Below are positions 1-14,692 of a stretch of 64,000 nucleotides of DNA, one piece after another. Source of the DNA: Tubiluchus corallicola (Eukaryota; Animalia; Priapulida); the NCBI GenBank assembly GCA_030141605.1, contig JAQGDQ010000586.1, positions 62,001-126,000 on the forward strand. Reading direction: 5' to 3'. A program made the position numbers and the translations under genes. Positions within the stretch are counted from its first letter, which is position 1, and the number at the start of each line of letters is the position of its first letter. The notes below the pieces were generated by a model, which saw only the letters and a list, made by a program, of their open reading frames with translations, did no database searches and was not told the DNA's origin.

Positions 1-74
1 GAGAATTAAATAGCCTGGGTTCGTCTAACCCTGTAAAATAGTAATAAAATTGCAAAACTACATTTACGTTATAT

Positions 75-435
75 CAGGGGTGTGCAAATTGCGGCCCGCG
101 GGCCACTTGCGGCCCGCCGAGAGAATTTGTGTGGCCCGTGAAGAGATTTGTCAACCTAATGAAAGCGCGGCCCGGGCGATTAATTGAGTGTATCCAGCTG
201 AAGTCCGTGCCACGATCCCAAAGATAGTGCGGGTAGTTTTTTCTACTAGATCGGATGCCATTACCCCTTACAAGACGGTTGTAGCTTAATGTCACTGTAC
301 TACACAGACTGTGTGATACACATTACTAATATGCATTGTATTTAAATTACCACTATCCGTCCTGAAAGTAGAAATATATGGTTTGTAATGTAAATTTTAA
401 TAACTTGTAAAATAGTTTCTTGAGCGTAGTAGTAC
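75..435. mobile_element. hAT-type MITE family A, partial copy (left end only)
   Basis: Starts CAGGGGTGTGCAAATTGCGGCCCG and is near-identical to the first ~360 bp of the full copies at 22735 and 43234. No right TIR seen. Confidence 0.8.
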
Positions 436-1494
436 TTTCTGTACTCGGTTTGCTGGACAAAAGGAGGGGAAACGTCGGTCCAAATTTGCCGATTGTCTGT
501 ATTTACCGATACTAAACTAATATAGAGGGCGTCGTGTATTAGATTCACAGTACTGCAGAATCGATCGTCTAAATGTTTCAGAAAACATCTAGTGCGGGCC
601 GTTCCTATGCAAAAGGTTATAAAAACTGTCGGCAATTGATTCAAATGGCTGTGAACCACTTAAACAGGCTGATTAAACTACTAAACATGCTGACATGCAA
701 CAAACACACGTGCCGTTATATGCTGCTTGAATGTAAACAAAGTGATGGCCTGCAAACTAGCAGTCAGCTCGCGAAATAGCAGATCGTGTCCGCAGTACGC
801 TGGAGTTCTTAGCGGGCCAGATTTTGCCCAAATTTTCCGATATCCGTAAAAGCGAGGTCCGACAAACCGAGATATGAGTGCAATTTTAAACTTCTGTTGC
901 CGACCTGCACAATCAATATTATATCCTGATATAGCCTAAACGTTTTTCTTGTAAATAATCTGAAGTCTGCTGTATTTTCGCCTTAAATAATTTCTTAGCT
1001 CGTGCCATTAAACATTGCACGTAAAAACCAAGTCGTACATCACAGATGCCACAGAAAGTGCGCAATGTATAAAGGCACAAGTGCATGAAGTTAATGTATA
1101 ACAAACACTAACTCATAGTTGAAAAAGAATCAATGCACAAATTATGCATAACACAGAAAATTGTCAAAATTTACAAAACTGATACTAAACAAAAGAATCA
1201 CATGATGATGTTTGAGATTATTTAGCTTTGAGAGAGATGTTTCCCGACTGAGTGCATTCTAATTTTATTACAGAAATCAATTACATTAAAATAACATACG
1301 TGCCATTTTTCACGTGCCATTTTTATTTACTTTTATATTTGTACCACTTTTACCGTGCACCAGGCTTATGTAATCAGAATGAAGATGAAAAAGTACAGTA
1401 AGTAGTAAGCTACTAAGCTAGTGACGTGAGTTCTAGCTTACTAAGTGGCAGTTCTGAGTAAGTTATTTATTTATCACGATTGGCAAACAAGATT

Positions 1495-1890
1495 AATAAC
1501 AGATTTACCTTTTTTCCAAATCTTATCGTTAATTCCAGAACAAGCAATCTAAAACAAATTAGGACAAATACCCACTATGGAACGAACTCTGTAATCAAAC
1601 AAGCAATTCTACTTTGGAATTCTCTACCATTACAGGTTAAACAAATCAAGTCCCTATCAGCATTTAAAACAAAATTAAAATCACTAATATTAACCAGATA
1701 TGAAATACCATCACACCAGTACGACAACATACACACTAATTCAGAATTCATATATCCACGGCCATATTAATTAAATCATAGTTTTTTCATTTTTTTGTGC
1801 ATAGTTGTAAATAAGTTTGATTTTGTTCGTCGTTACTTTCCATTACTGCACAGTAGTTTAGATTGCACTGACGCATTTGCTTTTAGCAGT
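1495..1890 (+). mobile_element. Non-LTR retrotransposon (LINE) 3' fragment
   Basis: Encodes LWNSLPLQVKQIKSLSAFKTKLK, typical of a LINE ORF2 C-terminus. Near-identical copy at ~32443-32828. Confidence 0.75.
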
Positions 1891-2029
1891 GTAAGTTTTT
1901 ATTAACTAACACTGATTGGTCATCTCTGTAAAGTTCTTATTCTCTTTCAAGAGTCATGAGAGGACTAGAGTGGTTGAATAAGTCAATTATTTATCACGAT
2001 TGGCAAACAAGATTAGCCCAACGCAAAAA

Positions 2030-2390
2030 TGGTAGAAGGGTTGAAGATGTTCCATATTGCCAAAGACTTAAGCGTCCAGGTCTGCATACATATCTAGAAG
2101 GACGTGTGAGCTGATTTAATACAAGCTTTCAAAATCATTAAAGGAATTGATGATTTGGATGTTGGAATCTTCTTCTCTTTCAAGAGTCACGAGAGGATGA
2201 TGCGAGGACATCAGTTAGAACTGTACAAGAAAAGAGCCAAGCCGGATTTAAGGAAATATTTTTTCAGCCGTAGGATAATTGATTTGTGGAATGGTTTACC
2301 TCAAATGGCTATCGAAGCAGTTACAGTCAATAAGTTTAAGGGGCCATCCAAACGTATGTCAATGCCATTGAGGAACGAAATATAGATTGG
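2030..2390 (+). mobile_element. CR1-like LINE 3' fragment
   Basis: RGHQLELYK...RKYFFSRRIIDLWNGLP...FK motif of CR1/L2 ORF2 ends; degenerate. Confidence 0.7.
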
Positions 2391-4876
2391 ATTCACGAGA
2401 AACATGTCTGCGAACACTGAATCTTTCTACAGCATGATACTAGTACCCTAGGTTATAGATGCCTAGTTTTTGCTCACATATTATAGTGTACATAACGTTG
2501 CAAGCCATTATACTCTTGTAGTTAAAGTGCAAGAGCCAAAAGAAAGAGTGTATGATAGTGTATGGTGTTTAGAGATTGCAGAAAGTTGAAGATAGGTACC
2601 TACGATTATGTTATGTTATGTCATCTCCTAAGTAATTGTTACTCTTTCTCATACTTACTTTTTCTAATAAATTTTTCTATATTACACTTTTTTGATACTT
2701 ATTTTTTTCTTTCCATACGCTCAAGTTTTTGACTTTACTCACTAATCTTGGTCAAATTCCCCTGTTAATAAGACCCCATTTGAAACTACTACGTATAATA
2801 ATCCTAATTACTGAATAATTGTATTGTTTTGCTTAGATTTAGGTATCTAACTTTATTATTTTTTGTTTTCAGTTCTTTTTGGATAATTTGTATCATTTAG
2901 ACTGTTTTTATTATCTTTTTCTTATTTGTTTTTGTTATCTGCAGCATCACCGTTAATTTTTAATATACTAATCTGTTTATAAGAAAGGGCAGGAGACTAG
3001 ATGACCCTATGGTCCTTCCCTGCTCCATGGTTATAATTACTTAATATTTAAAAAACTTTTGATGTTAAACTAATTAGAGAAAATAAATGTGCTATGTCTA
3101 TATGTCTATGCAACTGATTTGCGTCTCGAGAGTTGTTCACTCCAACAGTGAAGAGAAACAGCTGACTTGTATGAGGTATTCAAGTACATAAATGGAGACA
3201 GCCACGTTAGTTGCGATACACTATTTAAGTCAGCTGTCCACTCGGCTGGTCATTCTAAGCAATTGCATAAACCGTATGCAAGAACTAATTGTGAACAAAT
3301 GCACCGAATTTAAACCTTTTTAAGGAGAGATTGAGGGCATCACGATAGTCATGCTTTAAGAAACCAAAATTATTATGAAAGGATAAAACCCAGCATGGGT
3401 TCCTTACACAACGGCTACCAAAATTAAAGCTTCATAAATAGCCAGAATAATGGGGGTAGCTGAAAAGGTGAGTTAAAATACAAATCGAGAAATACGTACT
3501 AGCCCAAGAATTAATTAATACAAACAAGTGAAAAGGAGACAAAACTTGTTAACTTTTCAATGTCAGCTAGAATAGACATTAAAAACTTAAACCCTAATAT
3601 TAACCATAATGCACTAATAGTAACAAATACTAATAATTATTTTTATTATAATTGTAAAGCATGAAAAACAGAGCGCTTTCTGATCATACAATACCGGAAA
3701 TCAACGTCTGCCAAACACCGCGTATCAGGAGGCATTTTGTGTTGCTTTAAAGCCTTTAGCGAGGGCATTTAAAGCCATTAAACTGCTTTAAAGCCATTGC
3801 TTTGAAGCATTATTAAACTAATCAAAGAAAAAAATAAACCAAGCAAAGACTTGCAAAAATGAAATACGTTATAAAAACAAGTAAAGATAAAGCAGATCAG
3901 ATGAAGGTTTAATTCAATTATAGCATTGCGGGCTAATTGATGTATTCAATTTGGCTCACTGCAGACTTCACAAAAATAACAATAGTATTAAAAATATGAT
4001 CTTGTCTAAAAAGCAAATAAGAGCCATATGTATGACTACAATAAAAAAACGGATTTTTAAAGGACCAGTAAGAATTATTAGTAAAATATTTGTTAATTAT
4101 GGAAAGAGCGATAGAAGGTCGATCTAGAGATACTAATGAGTGAAATTAAAAGAGGAACACTAATGTCTGAGAACATTTCGTAGACACTACAATTGGATTA
4201 TTGCACTGTACAAAATATAAGTGCTGGAGCAGATCATCAAAGCTGTTACGAACAGTTTAATATTCTAGGTAAGTTTTACTCACACGAACCCTATGCACAG
4301 ATTCCTTAATAAGCCAGTTTCCCTTCTGGAAAATCTTCACAAATTCGTTTATAACCTTATGCAAGGATTAGAGCTTGCACAGGCAAAATTTTGCATGTCG
4401 TGTACAGTTTAAAAAACTTTAAATAAACTATGTGGCTATGCCCAGTGTTTTGGCGGAAGAGGAAAAGGCTGATAACAAAAATTTAGTACATGGAGGATGT
4501 ATTTTCACAGCACGTTAAAATTAGACCTTTCAGATGAAAGCAGATATGCAAATTATGTATATATTTCACACAGCAGACTATATGGTTGCCATCACCACCA
4601 CATAATCACCATCATCGCTGTCATCATTATCAGCAGCCAAACTGCAATGTTCAGTACCTGATCCCGAACTTCAGGTGCACAATGTCCATATTGTACGCTA
4701 GTAATCCAGTTCGATGATGCTGCTTGTCTTTTTGTACGACCGCCTCCGGGTGGTGGTCTGGAATCTTTGTTCCTAAAATATTGAAGCAATTCATGCAATT
4801 TAAACAGGTAGTTGTAAAAATGTGTTATGCTATATTCACACTATTTACAGGTAAGACTGCCTGTTACAGTATGCAT

Positions 4877-5160
<284 letters not shown>

Positions 5161-5948
5161 TGTATAATACCTACCTATGTATAGACTGACTGACTATAAT
5201 ATCAATTTGACCAGTCAGTCAACAAACCAGCCTGCCCAGTTGTGTATCTATTTATGAACTTTTCTTTGTCGTTTTTCCCATTAGTTTCACTGGCCGTTTA
5301 GAGTGATTTTATAAGCAGGCAAGAGAGTGAGAAGGTGTTGTTATGGTTTCATAGTATGTACAGCAATTATGTCTGAACGATACTGCTAAAATTAACCCAC
5401 ACGTCTTGTAACCTTGGAAGTAAGACCGATGCCAACTTCTGCCAGCTTCACCTAGTCTTCATTCAAAAAAATAGATAAGAACTACATAGTTTGAAGTTTC
5501 TTAAAACACTCAAGAAGTTCTCAAGAAGTACTTATATATATGAGTGCGCACAAAAACCTTTACAAACATCTTAGTGAATCCCAGCCCAGGCGTTTATAAT
5601 GAGTCAACAAACAAAGCAAAGCAAAAAACACTTGCAACAAGAAAAAATTGAAATAATTTCAAAAACTGTGTAATTAATAGTATTAATGGCAATTTAATGT
5701 TTTTCAATTGTTTTCTATTATATTGGTTAATGTTTTTCATTCACGAGCAGCATTTTCGTAATAATTATATTAATGGTTTATTACAATTGAAATAATTTTC
5801 ATTAATTTCAATTATTTTAAATTAAAAGTAGAATTGCGACATTACGTCTAATATTAAATTATTATTACACCAGGTGTATTGTAACGATTGAAATAATGCG
5901 TCACTGTTTTATTCACGTGAATTCATGTAAACTAATTTCACTGGCTGT

Positions 5949-6389
5949 TAGGGGTGAGCATCGAACGTTCGAGTTCGAACGTTCGAATCGAATTCGAACG
6001 CTCGAGTTCGATTCGAACGAGTTTTTTTTAGTTCGAACTCGATTCGAATCCAAAACAATAGATTCGAATAATTCAGCACTTCAATCACACATGTTCTTTA
6101 TCACTAAAACGATTGAAACATCATGCAATAAGCATAATTTAGCTGTGATTTCTGCACACAACTTTAAACAAGTTACTAATCGTTTTATTGCAGAACAAAA
6201 TCTAGTGATATGCATGGTCTTTGTAAGACTAATTTTTGCTGGTGGTTCGAAAACTTGTTCGAAAATCTTTCGATCTCAATTCGAATTCGGTTCGAATTCG
6301 AAACACTGAAGCTCGGTTCGATTCGAATTCGAAAGTCACAAATTCGGTTCGATTCGAATTCGCTTTCTGGTAGAGAAAGCTCATCCCTA
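5949..6389. mobile_element. hAT-type MITE family B (TTCGAA-rich)
   Basis: TIR TAGGGGTGAGC...GCTCATCCCTA with a perfect 8-bp TSD CTGGCTGT. Relatives at 19562, 26149, ~39060 and ~47250. Confidence 0.88.
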
Positions 6390-7275
6390 CTGGCTGTGAG
6401 CCTATGCCTGTCAACGGGTGGCACCGTGCAAAGAGCGCGAAATACTAACAGCGGTGGTTCGTGAAAATGTGAAATCACAGTTTAGCTTCAAACCCATTGA
6501 AGCATTCTCCTATTAGGTTTTTAAGAGAACTGACGACGCGATTCGCGAGCGAAAAATGTGACAAAAATTAAGAAAATTAATGTTCTTGTAGCTTTGCTTC
6601 AGAAAAGTAGTCTACTGAACTTTACGTGGTTGGCCAATTTAGAACTGTGGTAGGGCAGGATTATTACCATACGGAGTCACCCCCTAACTCGCCGTCACAC
6701 ATTTTAAATATTTCTTGTGATATTTTACTTTTACTTTACTCAGTAACATTCGCGTAGTCTGGAGTAAATTTGCTGCAAAGTCAGAGAAAATTCTTTAAAT
6801 AAACTGAATAGCTATTTTTGGTTTGTCCATAAAAATATTCTTTAAGAAACACCACTATTTTGCTATTTATTCCAAACTTAATTAGCACGTATTTCAACAC
6901 AACTGCAATGAAAAAATAGATTTTTTACAACTGTTTTCAAAGCTTGAGGGGCCCTAGGCTGCAGTTTACACTAGCCTATAGGCTTTTCATGTTTATGCTT
7001 TAAATTTTATTTTTGCTTTAATTTTTGGTACATGCATTTTGATTTCGACCCCCCAAAATGCCAGAGTTTCTGGATTATTAAGTTGCTCCTAGGACCACTA
7101 CTCGGGCTTTTTACATTTCACACTCATGATTACCACAATTGGTTGCCAGGTCTGTATCTTTGTGACCAATAAATAAAAAGACATTATATTATAGCTTGAT
7201 TATAAGCCTTTACACATTCACGGTGTATGTTGGCTTTAGTGATATTAAATCGTGCATTTATTTTTGCAGATTTAG

Positions 7276-7386
<111 letters not shown>

Positions 7387-7975
7387 TAAGAGCTTCTACA
7401 ATTAAACAAACTTTGCCTGCATAAAGTATCAAAACTCTACTTTTTCAGCACATTATGTCTCTGGCAAAACAATGTTAAAATTCTTTGTTTAGGGGATTGT
7501 GTTTAGAAAGCATTTACCATTGTTCATTGAAAGCATTGTCAATCTTGTAAATGTAATGTGTCGCTCATTTATTTTATGCTGAAAAGTTTTCATTGCAAGA
7601 ATGCAGTCTAAACTGATTAGTTAATTAATGCTGAACTACTTTCTTTGCACTTTGTCACCATGCAGGCTAGAATCGTGTAAGGTTTAGAATCCCTAGTGCG
7701 ATGTTTGCGGCATTGTCAGAGCTTGGCTCATCAATTGGACTCCCTAATATGAGCTGCTGGATCAGCCGAAGTGTATTAGCCATGTTAAGATCTAACTGCC
7801 ATCTATATACACCCTCCCGAGGTAAATATTTAAACGAAACAACCAGGATCAGTATGGCCGAATGAAACCGCCCAGATCTAGTATCGAACTCAAGCCGTCA
7901 TGAACCATTCATGCATGTACATATCTGCTTGGTGATGAACCCTACCATACCGACTAGACTACGAGTCATAATTAA

Positions 7976-8107
<132 letters not shown>

Positions 8108-9029
8108 CCACGGAAAGTTATCATCGTCAAAAAGTAATCAGGATCATTTTGGATGTGTATACTCTAGCAGCCTTCTTGTGAACGAAAATTTTATTTTCAA
8201 GTGGTACATTGCCACCTAAAGTACAATGTCACAAAATGGCCGTTTGCATCTGTTTTGACTGCACATCACTTCTCAAATCTTTTGAGAAGTGTATCCCTCT
8301 GTATTTGCGAAAGTTTATAGTCACATGTATATGGTACAGTTTTTGTAAGCTTAGATTTACTACGTGTCTTCTTTACTTTTACAACATGTACAGACATTTA
8401 AAGTATGACCTTTACTATTGTACTACATCAGACTGTCATTGTCTGTGAAATGATAGCCGACCGCGATCTTATAAGAAAACACCAGGCCTTAATTAAAATT
8501 ATAAGCAGTAACTAAATTATCGAATATGTATAACTTAATGCTTTTTGATTCTTAAAGAGGCAGAATAAATCTTAATCGTGTAACAGTCAGTGCTAATATT
8601 TTCTGCTGATGACTCTTGAGAATTATAATACTTTGTAAATAAAATGTTTTCAAAATGTTTGATTTTTTTATTTAATTCTTGTAACTATATTGCTAGTGAT
8701 AAAACTTAACTCTTGCCATTCTTCAGAAAGCTAACAGGGTTGTACTCTTCTGGTAAATAATTCCATGGATAAGAGGCTCAAGGGAAAAAATGGATTTCAA
8801 ACAGCCATACTGCATCTATTAACTCCATGATAGTTCCTGAAAGAGCAGGTTAAACGCTTTAACGCGATTCCAAGTCAGGTCATCATTGTCTTGTCTGGCG
8901 TTAACGTATCTTATCTGGCTTGGATAAGGCAAACTTTAAGTGCTGGTTACCCCATTAAAAGAACAAGTTAAGTAGAACAACAAGAAGACCCGAACTGACA
9001 AAATTTCCGTGAAACAGCAAAAACTGAAA

Positions 9030-9370
9030 GGCACTACTGTTACTAATAACTATGCACTAATGTTACTACTAACTAGGCACTAGCATTACTAACAACTATG
9101 CACTAATGTTACTACTAACTAGGCACTAGCATTACTAATAACTAGGCATTAATGTTACTAATAACTAGGTACTAGTGTTACCAATAAATAGCCACTAGTG
9201 TTACTAATAACTAGCTACTACTGTTACTAATAACTAGCCGCTACTGTTACCAATAAATAGCCACTAGTGTCACTAATAACTAGCCACTAGTGTTACTAAT
9301 AACTAGCCACTACTGTTACCAACAAATAGGCACTAGTGTTGCTAATAACTAGGCACTAATGTCACTAGTC
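9030..9370. repeat. Degenerate ~21-22-bp minisatellite (ACTAGTGTTACTAATAACTAGCC-like)
   Basis: Repeated CACTAxTGTTACTAxTAACTA units between the convergent POLR2L and CLN3 3' ends. Confidence 0.85.
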
Positions 9371-10085
9371 ACATTCTGTCTTTGAAAAACGATGTAAGAG
9401 CAAAACAAATAAAACAAAACAGCAGCCTAAATAAGCAAGTTCACTTTCACGTTTTGTTTATAGTTGGTTGTTATGAAACGGACATTGTTCTCGTTATAAT
9501 GAATTTAGAAACAGTACTTTGGTACGTCTTTGCAAATTCTAGGCAACAACAATGAGAGAAATTGATTGTATGTCAAGAAATATATTAAGCAACACACATC
9601 ATGTCCTGTACATATACGTAAAAAATAGCAATATTAATTTTACATCACAATGTTAATAAGTAATGAAGCACATTTTAAATTACTTGATGTTACAAATGCA
9701 TTTTGCATCATTCATCATGATTAAATTGTCATTAAATATAAAATATATAAAGAAAAATGATAAATCTGTACAGTGTCATTGTCATTTAAAACATTTGCAC
9801 ATTATTTCAGCAAGAAATGCCAGGGGATTGTGTGCTGTTCAGTACATACCTGTGGCAAGACCAGAGTTTAGCAATTATCATCAGAGGTACTCCTCACAAT
9901 GAGGTACTGGGCAAACACATTTTAGCCGTGTCACGATGCATGAACATCCGCTGTACGAGAAAGGTAATTTAAGGTGGTAACCACACATCCATTTACCGAC
10001 CAGGCTTAGTGCTATTCAACTTCAGTTGCTAAGCACAAATCATGACCACTCATTATAACAGTGTAAATGGAAAACAATACTCTAA

Positions 10086-10655
10086 AGGAAGACAGGATAA
10101 TTTTTCATATACTACCCCATTTTGAAGTCCGATAAAAAGTACACATTTTGACACAAGTAATACTGCAAAAGCGTTTCCGATAATTAAATAATAGATTAAG
10201 AATTTAATTAACGGCGGGCGAGCTCAACTATTGACGACATTACAAATTAACATAATTTTCAACTGCAAAAATAGTCCACGAACGTGTTGCACATGTGTGC
10301 GAAAGCGAAAATTGAAGTAAAGTGCTACTGTAAGATATTTAGTGTGTCGTACTAAAACTACTCAAGTTTTAAGATAAAATTTCAAATTTACCCCTCTGTA
10401 GTTCGTCACAAACTAACACATCCGAACTGTTTTTGAGCAACTCTTTGCGAAATGCAGGTGCTAGTTCCCCCGTTTAACTAGCAAATGGCGAAATGATGTA
10501 ACAGCGAAGAACTAGCGGTGCGAACGCGAAATTGCATTTGTGTGGTAATAATTCTTTCACGTAAGTCATTTGTGAAAAAAATAGTATGCTTTCTTTCAAT
10601 ATTTTAAAGAGTAGATTGTTTTGACCTACAGTTTAACATTGGGTCCAGTTTTGCT
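10086..10655. mobile_element. Kolobok-like non-autonomous DNA element, family C
   Basis: AGG...CT termini at (C/T)TAA/TTAA sites. Homologous copies at ~17370-17990, 27327-27959, ~41330-41705 and ~49570-50145. Confidence 0.65.
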
Positions 10656-11191
10656 TTAAAAAAGTCGATTTACAACACTTCAATTGAAAATACATCTGCT
10701 AACTACTAATAAACTTACAATGCATAAATAAAGACATTAACTAAAGCAAATCTTTGGGCACTGAAATATGTATAAAATGAAGTAAATTTTTGCTTTAAAT
10801 GTGTACAAGTAAAATGACAAAATATGAATGATAATCTACATTAAAAATACATCTCTTTATAAAAAGTCTTAGCCGTTCTTTTTGTCTTCAATTTAGACCT
10901 AGCAAATGTCCTCAGCTCGCACGCTTTACCGAACAATTTTGCATTTATTCCTATAATTTTTTTAATGAATTTCGTCCCATATATGACTTTTTCACTTTCC
11001 CCGTCTGCTCCATTCCACATATTATTTGTCGACTAAACACAAAATGATTAGATCTACATCGTTAGACTATAAGCAATTCACTGACACCCAAGATAAAAAT
11101 GTTCAAAAGAAAATTACAAAGTTGCATGTGTACAATTTAGTAAAATGATGACTCTACCGTAGAATCAAGTAACAAATTTGAACAACTTTAG

Positions 11192-12520
11192 CTATAACGG
11201 CATTGAGCAAATTTTATTGTGGACAGGAATGGACAGAAACCCCGCAAGGCACACCCCCAACGTGTCTGCTACGCTGGCCACCCCGAGACTAAACTCTCTC
11301 ACTTCTTCTTTCGTCTCTTCCGAAATCGTGAAAAAGGAATTCACGTAAGCCGCACCTCCCCATAAACCTTCAAAGAAAATAAGACAGCAAACCAACCAGA
11401 AGGGCATGAAGAGAAAAATGGCGTCGAACGTGAAAAGTACGGCGTTCAAAACTTGAAGGATGGGAAAAATCCAAATCTTTTTTGTGTGAAAACAGTTCAC
11501 GGATGAACGAGAGATGAAAACTCCGAGTTGATAATCGGCTTGGTACCAGCGATATTGCTCGCTTATTGTCAACCAATTGACGTTCCTGAAGTTAACCAAT
11601 TCAAACAGCGCCTGGTTGATGTAATACTCGGCGACGTAAACCAGAAACAATGGAATCATGTACTTCAGTAAAGGCACTATTAATTTCAAACGCTGCAACG
11701 TCGATAACTTCTTAACGTAATCACTATAACCGGAGTTATGATCCGGTTTTATACCATCATCGCTATCCTCAAGCACCTGGTTTGTTTCTTCTGTTATCGG
11801 CGACGACTGATGAGTTTCTTCGTTCCTCAACAGAGGTGATTCGTCTCCTCGATGTTCTGGACTCTCAGTCGGCGTCAATATCACATAATAGCTGGTAGTC
11901 ATTATCACAGGCACAGTGAGCATGACTAGAATTGTGTGTTGTGGCGACAACCCGACGCCGGTCAATCCCGCGTACGACAAAGCGCCAAACAGTCCAGCGC
12001 CTCCAGTACCGGACGACCAAGTAGATATGGTATTCCTATGGTACAAAGACGTAAGACTGAGAAAGGTGATTTCTCCAAGTCCAGAGCTGATGCTAGCGCA
12101 AACGACGCCGAACAAACTCATCCAAACGTCGGTTGAAAAAGCGACAATGAGAAAACTGGCCGCAGCGAAAACTATAGCGACCGGAATTCGAATTCTGTAA
12201 TGTATTCTGTGTATATAAAACGCGGCAGTGAGCTTTATGAACAAAGTTGGCAAGACGTCTGCAAGAAGGATTGCTCCTGTTGACATCTGATTACATATTC
12301 TCGTGTCAGGTGGCGCTGTTGTAGCATTCAGCAAGTTCTCTGTACTATTCCCATGTTCTTGCACACTTAGAATGTCGTAAGCAGCACTGAGCATTATCAC
12401 ATACCCGAAATTGTTGCACAAACCGAGAAACCAGAAGCCAATTAAATCCCGACGATATTTGATCTTGTGGACCCGATTAGCTCGAATGACCTCATCAGTG
12501 GTAGAACCCACTGTGAGTAC
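11192..12520 (-). CDS. CLN3: Battenin (CLN3/Btn1 lysosomal MFS-like protein), main coding exon
   Basis: 439-aa ORF with family motifs FWFLGLCNNFGYVIMLSAAYDIL, LLADVLPTL, WSSGTGGAG, EYYINQ, QYRWYQ..YQLGVFISRSS and EGLWGGAAYVN. Acceptor TTTGTTCTGCAG ends just before 12520. The likely upstream exon ends in ATG|GTATGA at 12778-12780. Confidence 0.96.
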   Translation of the reverse strand, partial: VLTVGSTTDEVIRANRVHKIKYRRDLIGFWFLGLCNNFGYVIMLSAAYDILSVQEHGNSTENLLNATTAPPDTRICNQMSTGAILLADVLPTLFIKLTAAFYIHRIHYRIRIPVAIVFAAASFLIVAFSTDVWMSLFGVVCASISSGLGEITFLSLTSLYHRNTISTWSSGTGGAGLFGALSYAGLTGVGLSPQHTILVMLTVPVIMTTSYYVILTPTESPEHRGDESPLLRNEETHQSSPITEETNQVLEDSDDGIKPDHNSGYSDYVKKLSTLQRLKLIVPLLKYMIPLFLVYVAEYYINQALFELVNFRNVNWLTISEQYRWYQADYQLGVFISRSSVNCFHTKKIWIFPILQVLNAVLFTFDAIFLFMPFWLVCCLIFFEGLWGGAAYVNSFFTISEETKEEVREFSLGVASVADTLGVCLAGFLSIPVHNKICSMPL

Positions 12521-13898
12521 CTGCAGAACAAACTTTTATACATTTATTTTTTCATAATACTGCACACTATAATATTATATTATTCATAAATACTTTATAA
12601 CGTTATAACGTACAATTACGTTAAAACGATCTAAATCGAGTTTTACTCTTTGGTTTCACTATCTTATTGTTCTGACAGCATAATAATGAAACACGCTGAA
12701 GTGTATTATTACAATGACTAAAAATATTAAGCCTTTTGAAATCTCATTAGTAAGTATTAATAAATTCATGGTCATACCATGCTTGTTGTCAACATGTCTG
12801 CATAATAATATTGTGCGTCTCTGCTGAATGCAGTCTTAGTCTTCTAAATGCAATTATGGCACCATGTACAAAAGCAACTCGCTAACTACTACAGTACTAT
12901 CATGGAAATGCAGCATCGACAAAATTAAACAAAGTACAAGCCACTAACGTCTATACGTAAACAAAAACGAAATTAACGTCAAATAAACTAAATTCACGGA
13001 CAGATGGCAGCACCTTCATGAACTACTGTACATTTCCACATATTAACAATACAGGATGCACATGGTCAGTTCTGTGTACCCTTTAGTGTTGTTTTAGCCC
13101 GTTTTCAAACTAGTGATGGATTTTTATAGGTGTATTTAGATTTAAAGCGTTCCGTATTCACTATTGTCTATTATAGTTATAGAATTTTGTTGTGGTTTTC
13201 TAAAAACTTTATTTTGATCAACCGGAAATCATCGATTTTTTTATAATTACGTCACTTGTTTGGCGCGTGTGCAAACAGCTGAGCGTGTGTAGGATCGAGC
13301 GCAAAACGAAGAACGTTTTGAAATGAAAATGTGATTGAAGTTTTTGTCGGCTGAATTTTTATAATCATGTTTCACTTCCGATGATTCCAGTCGTACTGTG
13401 ATTGAGACAACGTGGAGTATTCTGTGTGTATGGCCAAGTGTTAATTTCAGGCGTTTTTCAATTCACTCGAGAGTCCGACCGACTCGCCTAGGAAAAGCTT
13501 GGAAATTTAATTCAACCTGCTCATCTCAGGGTTCGTAATCTGAATTTTAAATAGCTAGTCACTTTAGATCTTTCACAACTTGTAGATAGACGATAACTGT
13601 AAAACATTATCATTTTTATTTGATTGTTGTAAAAACTTGTATTGATGTATATTCGTTAATGCGAATTTGTAGCCTATTTTAGGCTTATGTACGAATTATT
13701 AACCATTTCGCTAAAGGATTTATATTAATAATAATAATAATAATAATTTATATTTTTACAAAAAAACAACAGCATGCAGACAATTATTAAGATTTTAAAA
13801 AATAACTGTAAACAGCAATTTTTTTGAATAAATGAAATTTATTCGGTGCTGACCATATCTAAACTCACTCACTCACTCTCTCGCTCTCGCCCTCCCTG

Positions 13899-13947
<49 letters not shown>

Positions 13948-14692
13948 CGCCCTCCCTGTCTATCTCTCTCTCGCTCAGAGAGCAAATTCATTTATGCTTG
14001 CAGAATAAGGTGCACATCATCACATATGTGATGTGTTTGCAGACGGAATCTAGGGGCTATTATTGATCTGCAGACTTCTCATTAATTTTTGCTAATCGCT
14101 CAGTGTTGCACTACCCAAGTACCCATGCTAATTAATGAGTTTTTCTGAAAGCACTGCTGTGTACACTTGTCTCACAACTAATCTTATTATTGATGAATGC
14201 CTTATTTATAATTTATTCTCGCAAAAATACCATTAACACAATAAAACCGCACGGTACATTTAATAAAAAAATATACGAATAAAATTAGTAGCATATTTGC
14301 AGTACACGATACACAGAATTATGTAGCAGAAAAAACAATCTAGCAGGGTTCCCACAGTCTGGAAAAATCCTGGAATATCCTTGAAAATACAGGCTGTCCT
14401 GGAAAGTCATGTTAAACTCTGAGAAAAAAAAAGATAATTTGATGGGGAAAATGATGAAAATGGGGCAAAAAGTCAGGGAAATTTGGAGGGGTTGCAAAAA
14501 CAATCACCGCGAACCGATATTTTTTCAAACATATTTTTCAGCGATTTGTGTTAAAATAAAATTTTGCTATGGCAGTCCGCCAGTTTCGATTTCTGTTCCA
14601 AAGATAATGATTGGATCAAGAACATTAATTTAATGTGATTAGCGTAATTTCGTTAGCACCACTGGTAATTGTACATGTACATGTATACTTAC

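Noticed and set aside
74-295. Recurrent 73-79-aa ORF MTLSYN...QFAHP (also at 22704 and 43233)
   Set aside because: It lies within copies of a non-coding hAT MITE; no start context or homology.
5949-6389. TTCGAA/GAAnnTTC clusters as heat-shock elements or a gene
   Set aside because: TTC-GAA spacing is mostly 0, not the alternating nGAAn pentamer array of an HSE. The sequence is a multicopy MITE with a TSD.
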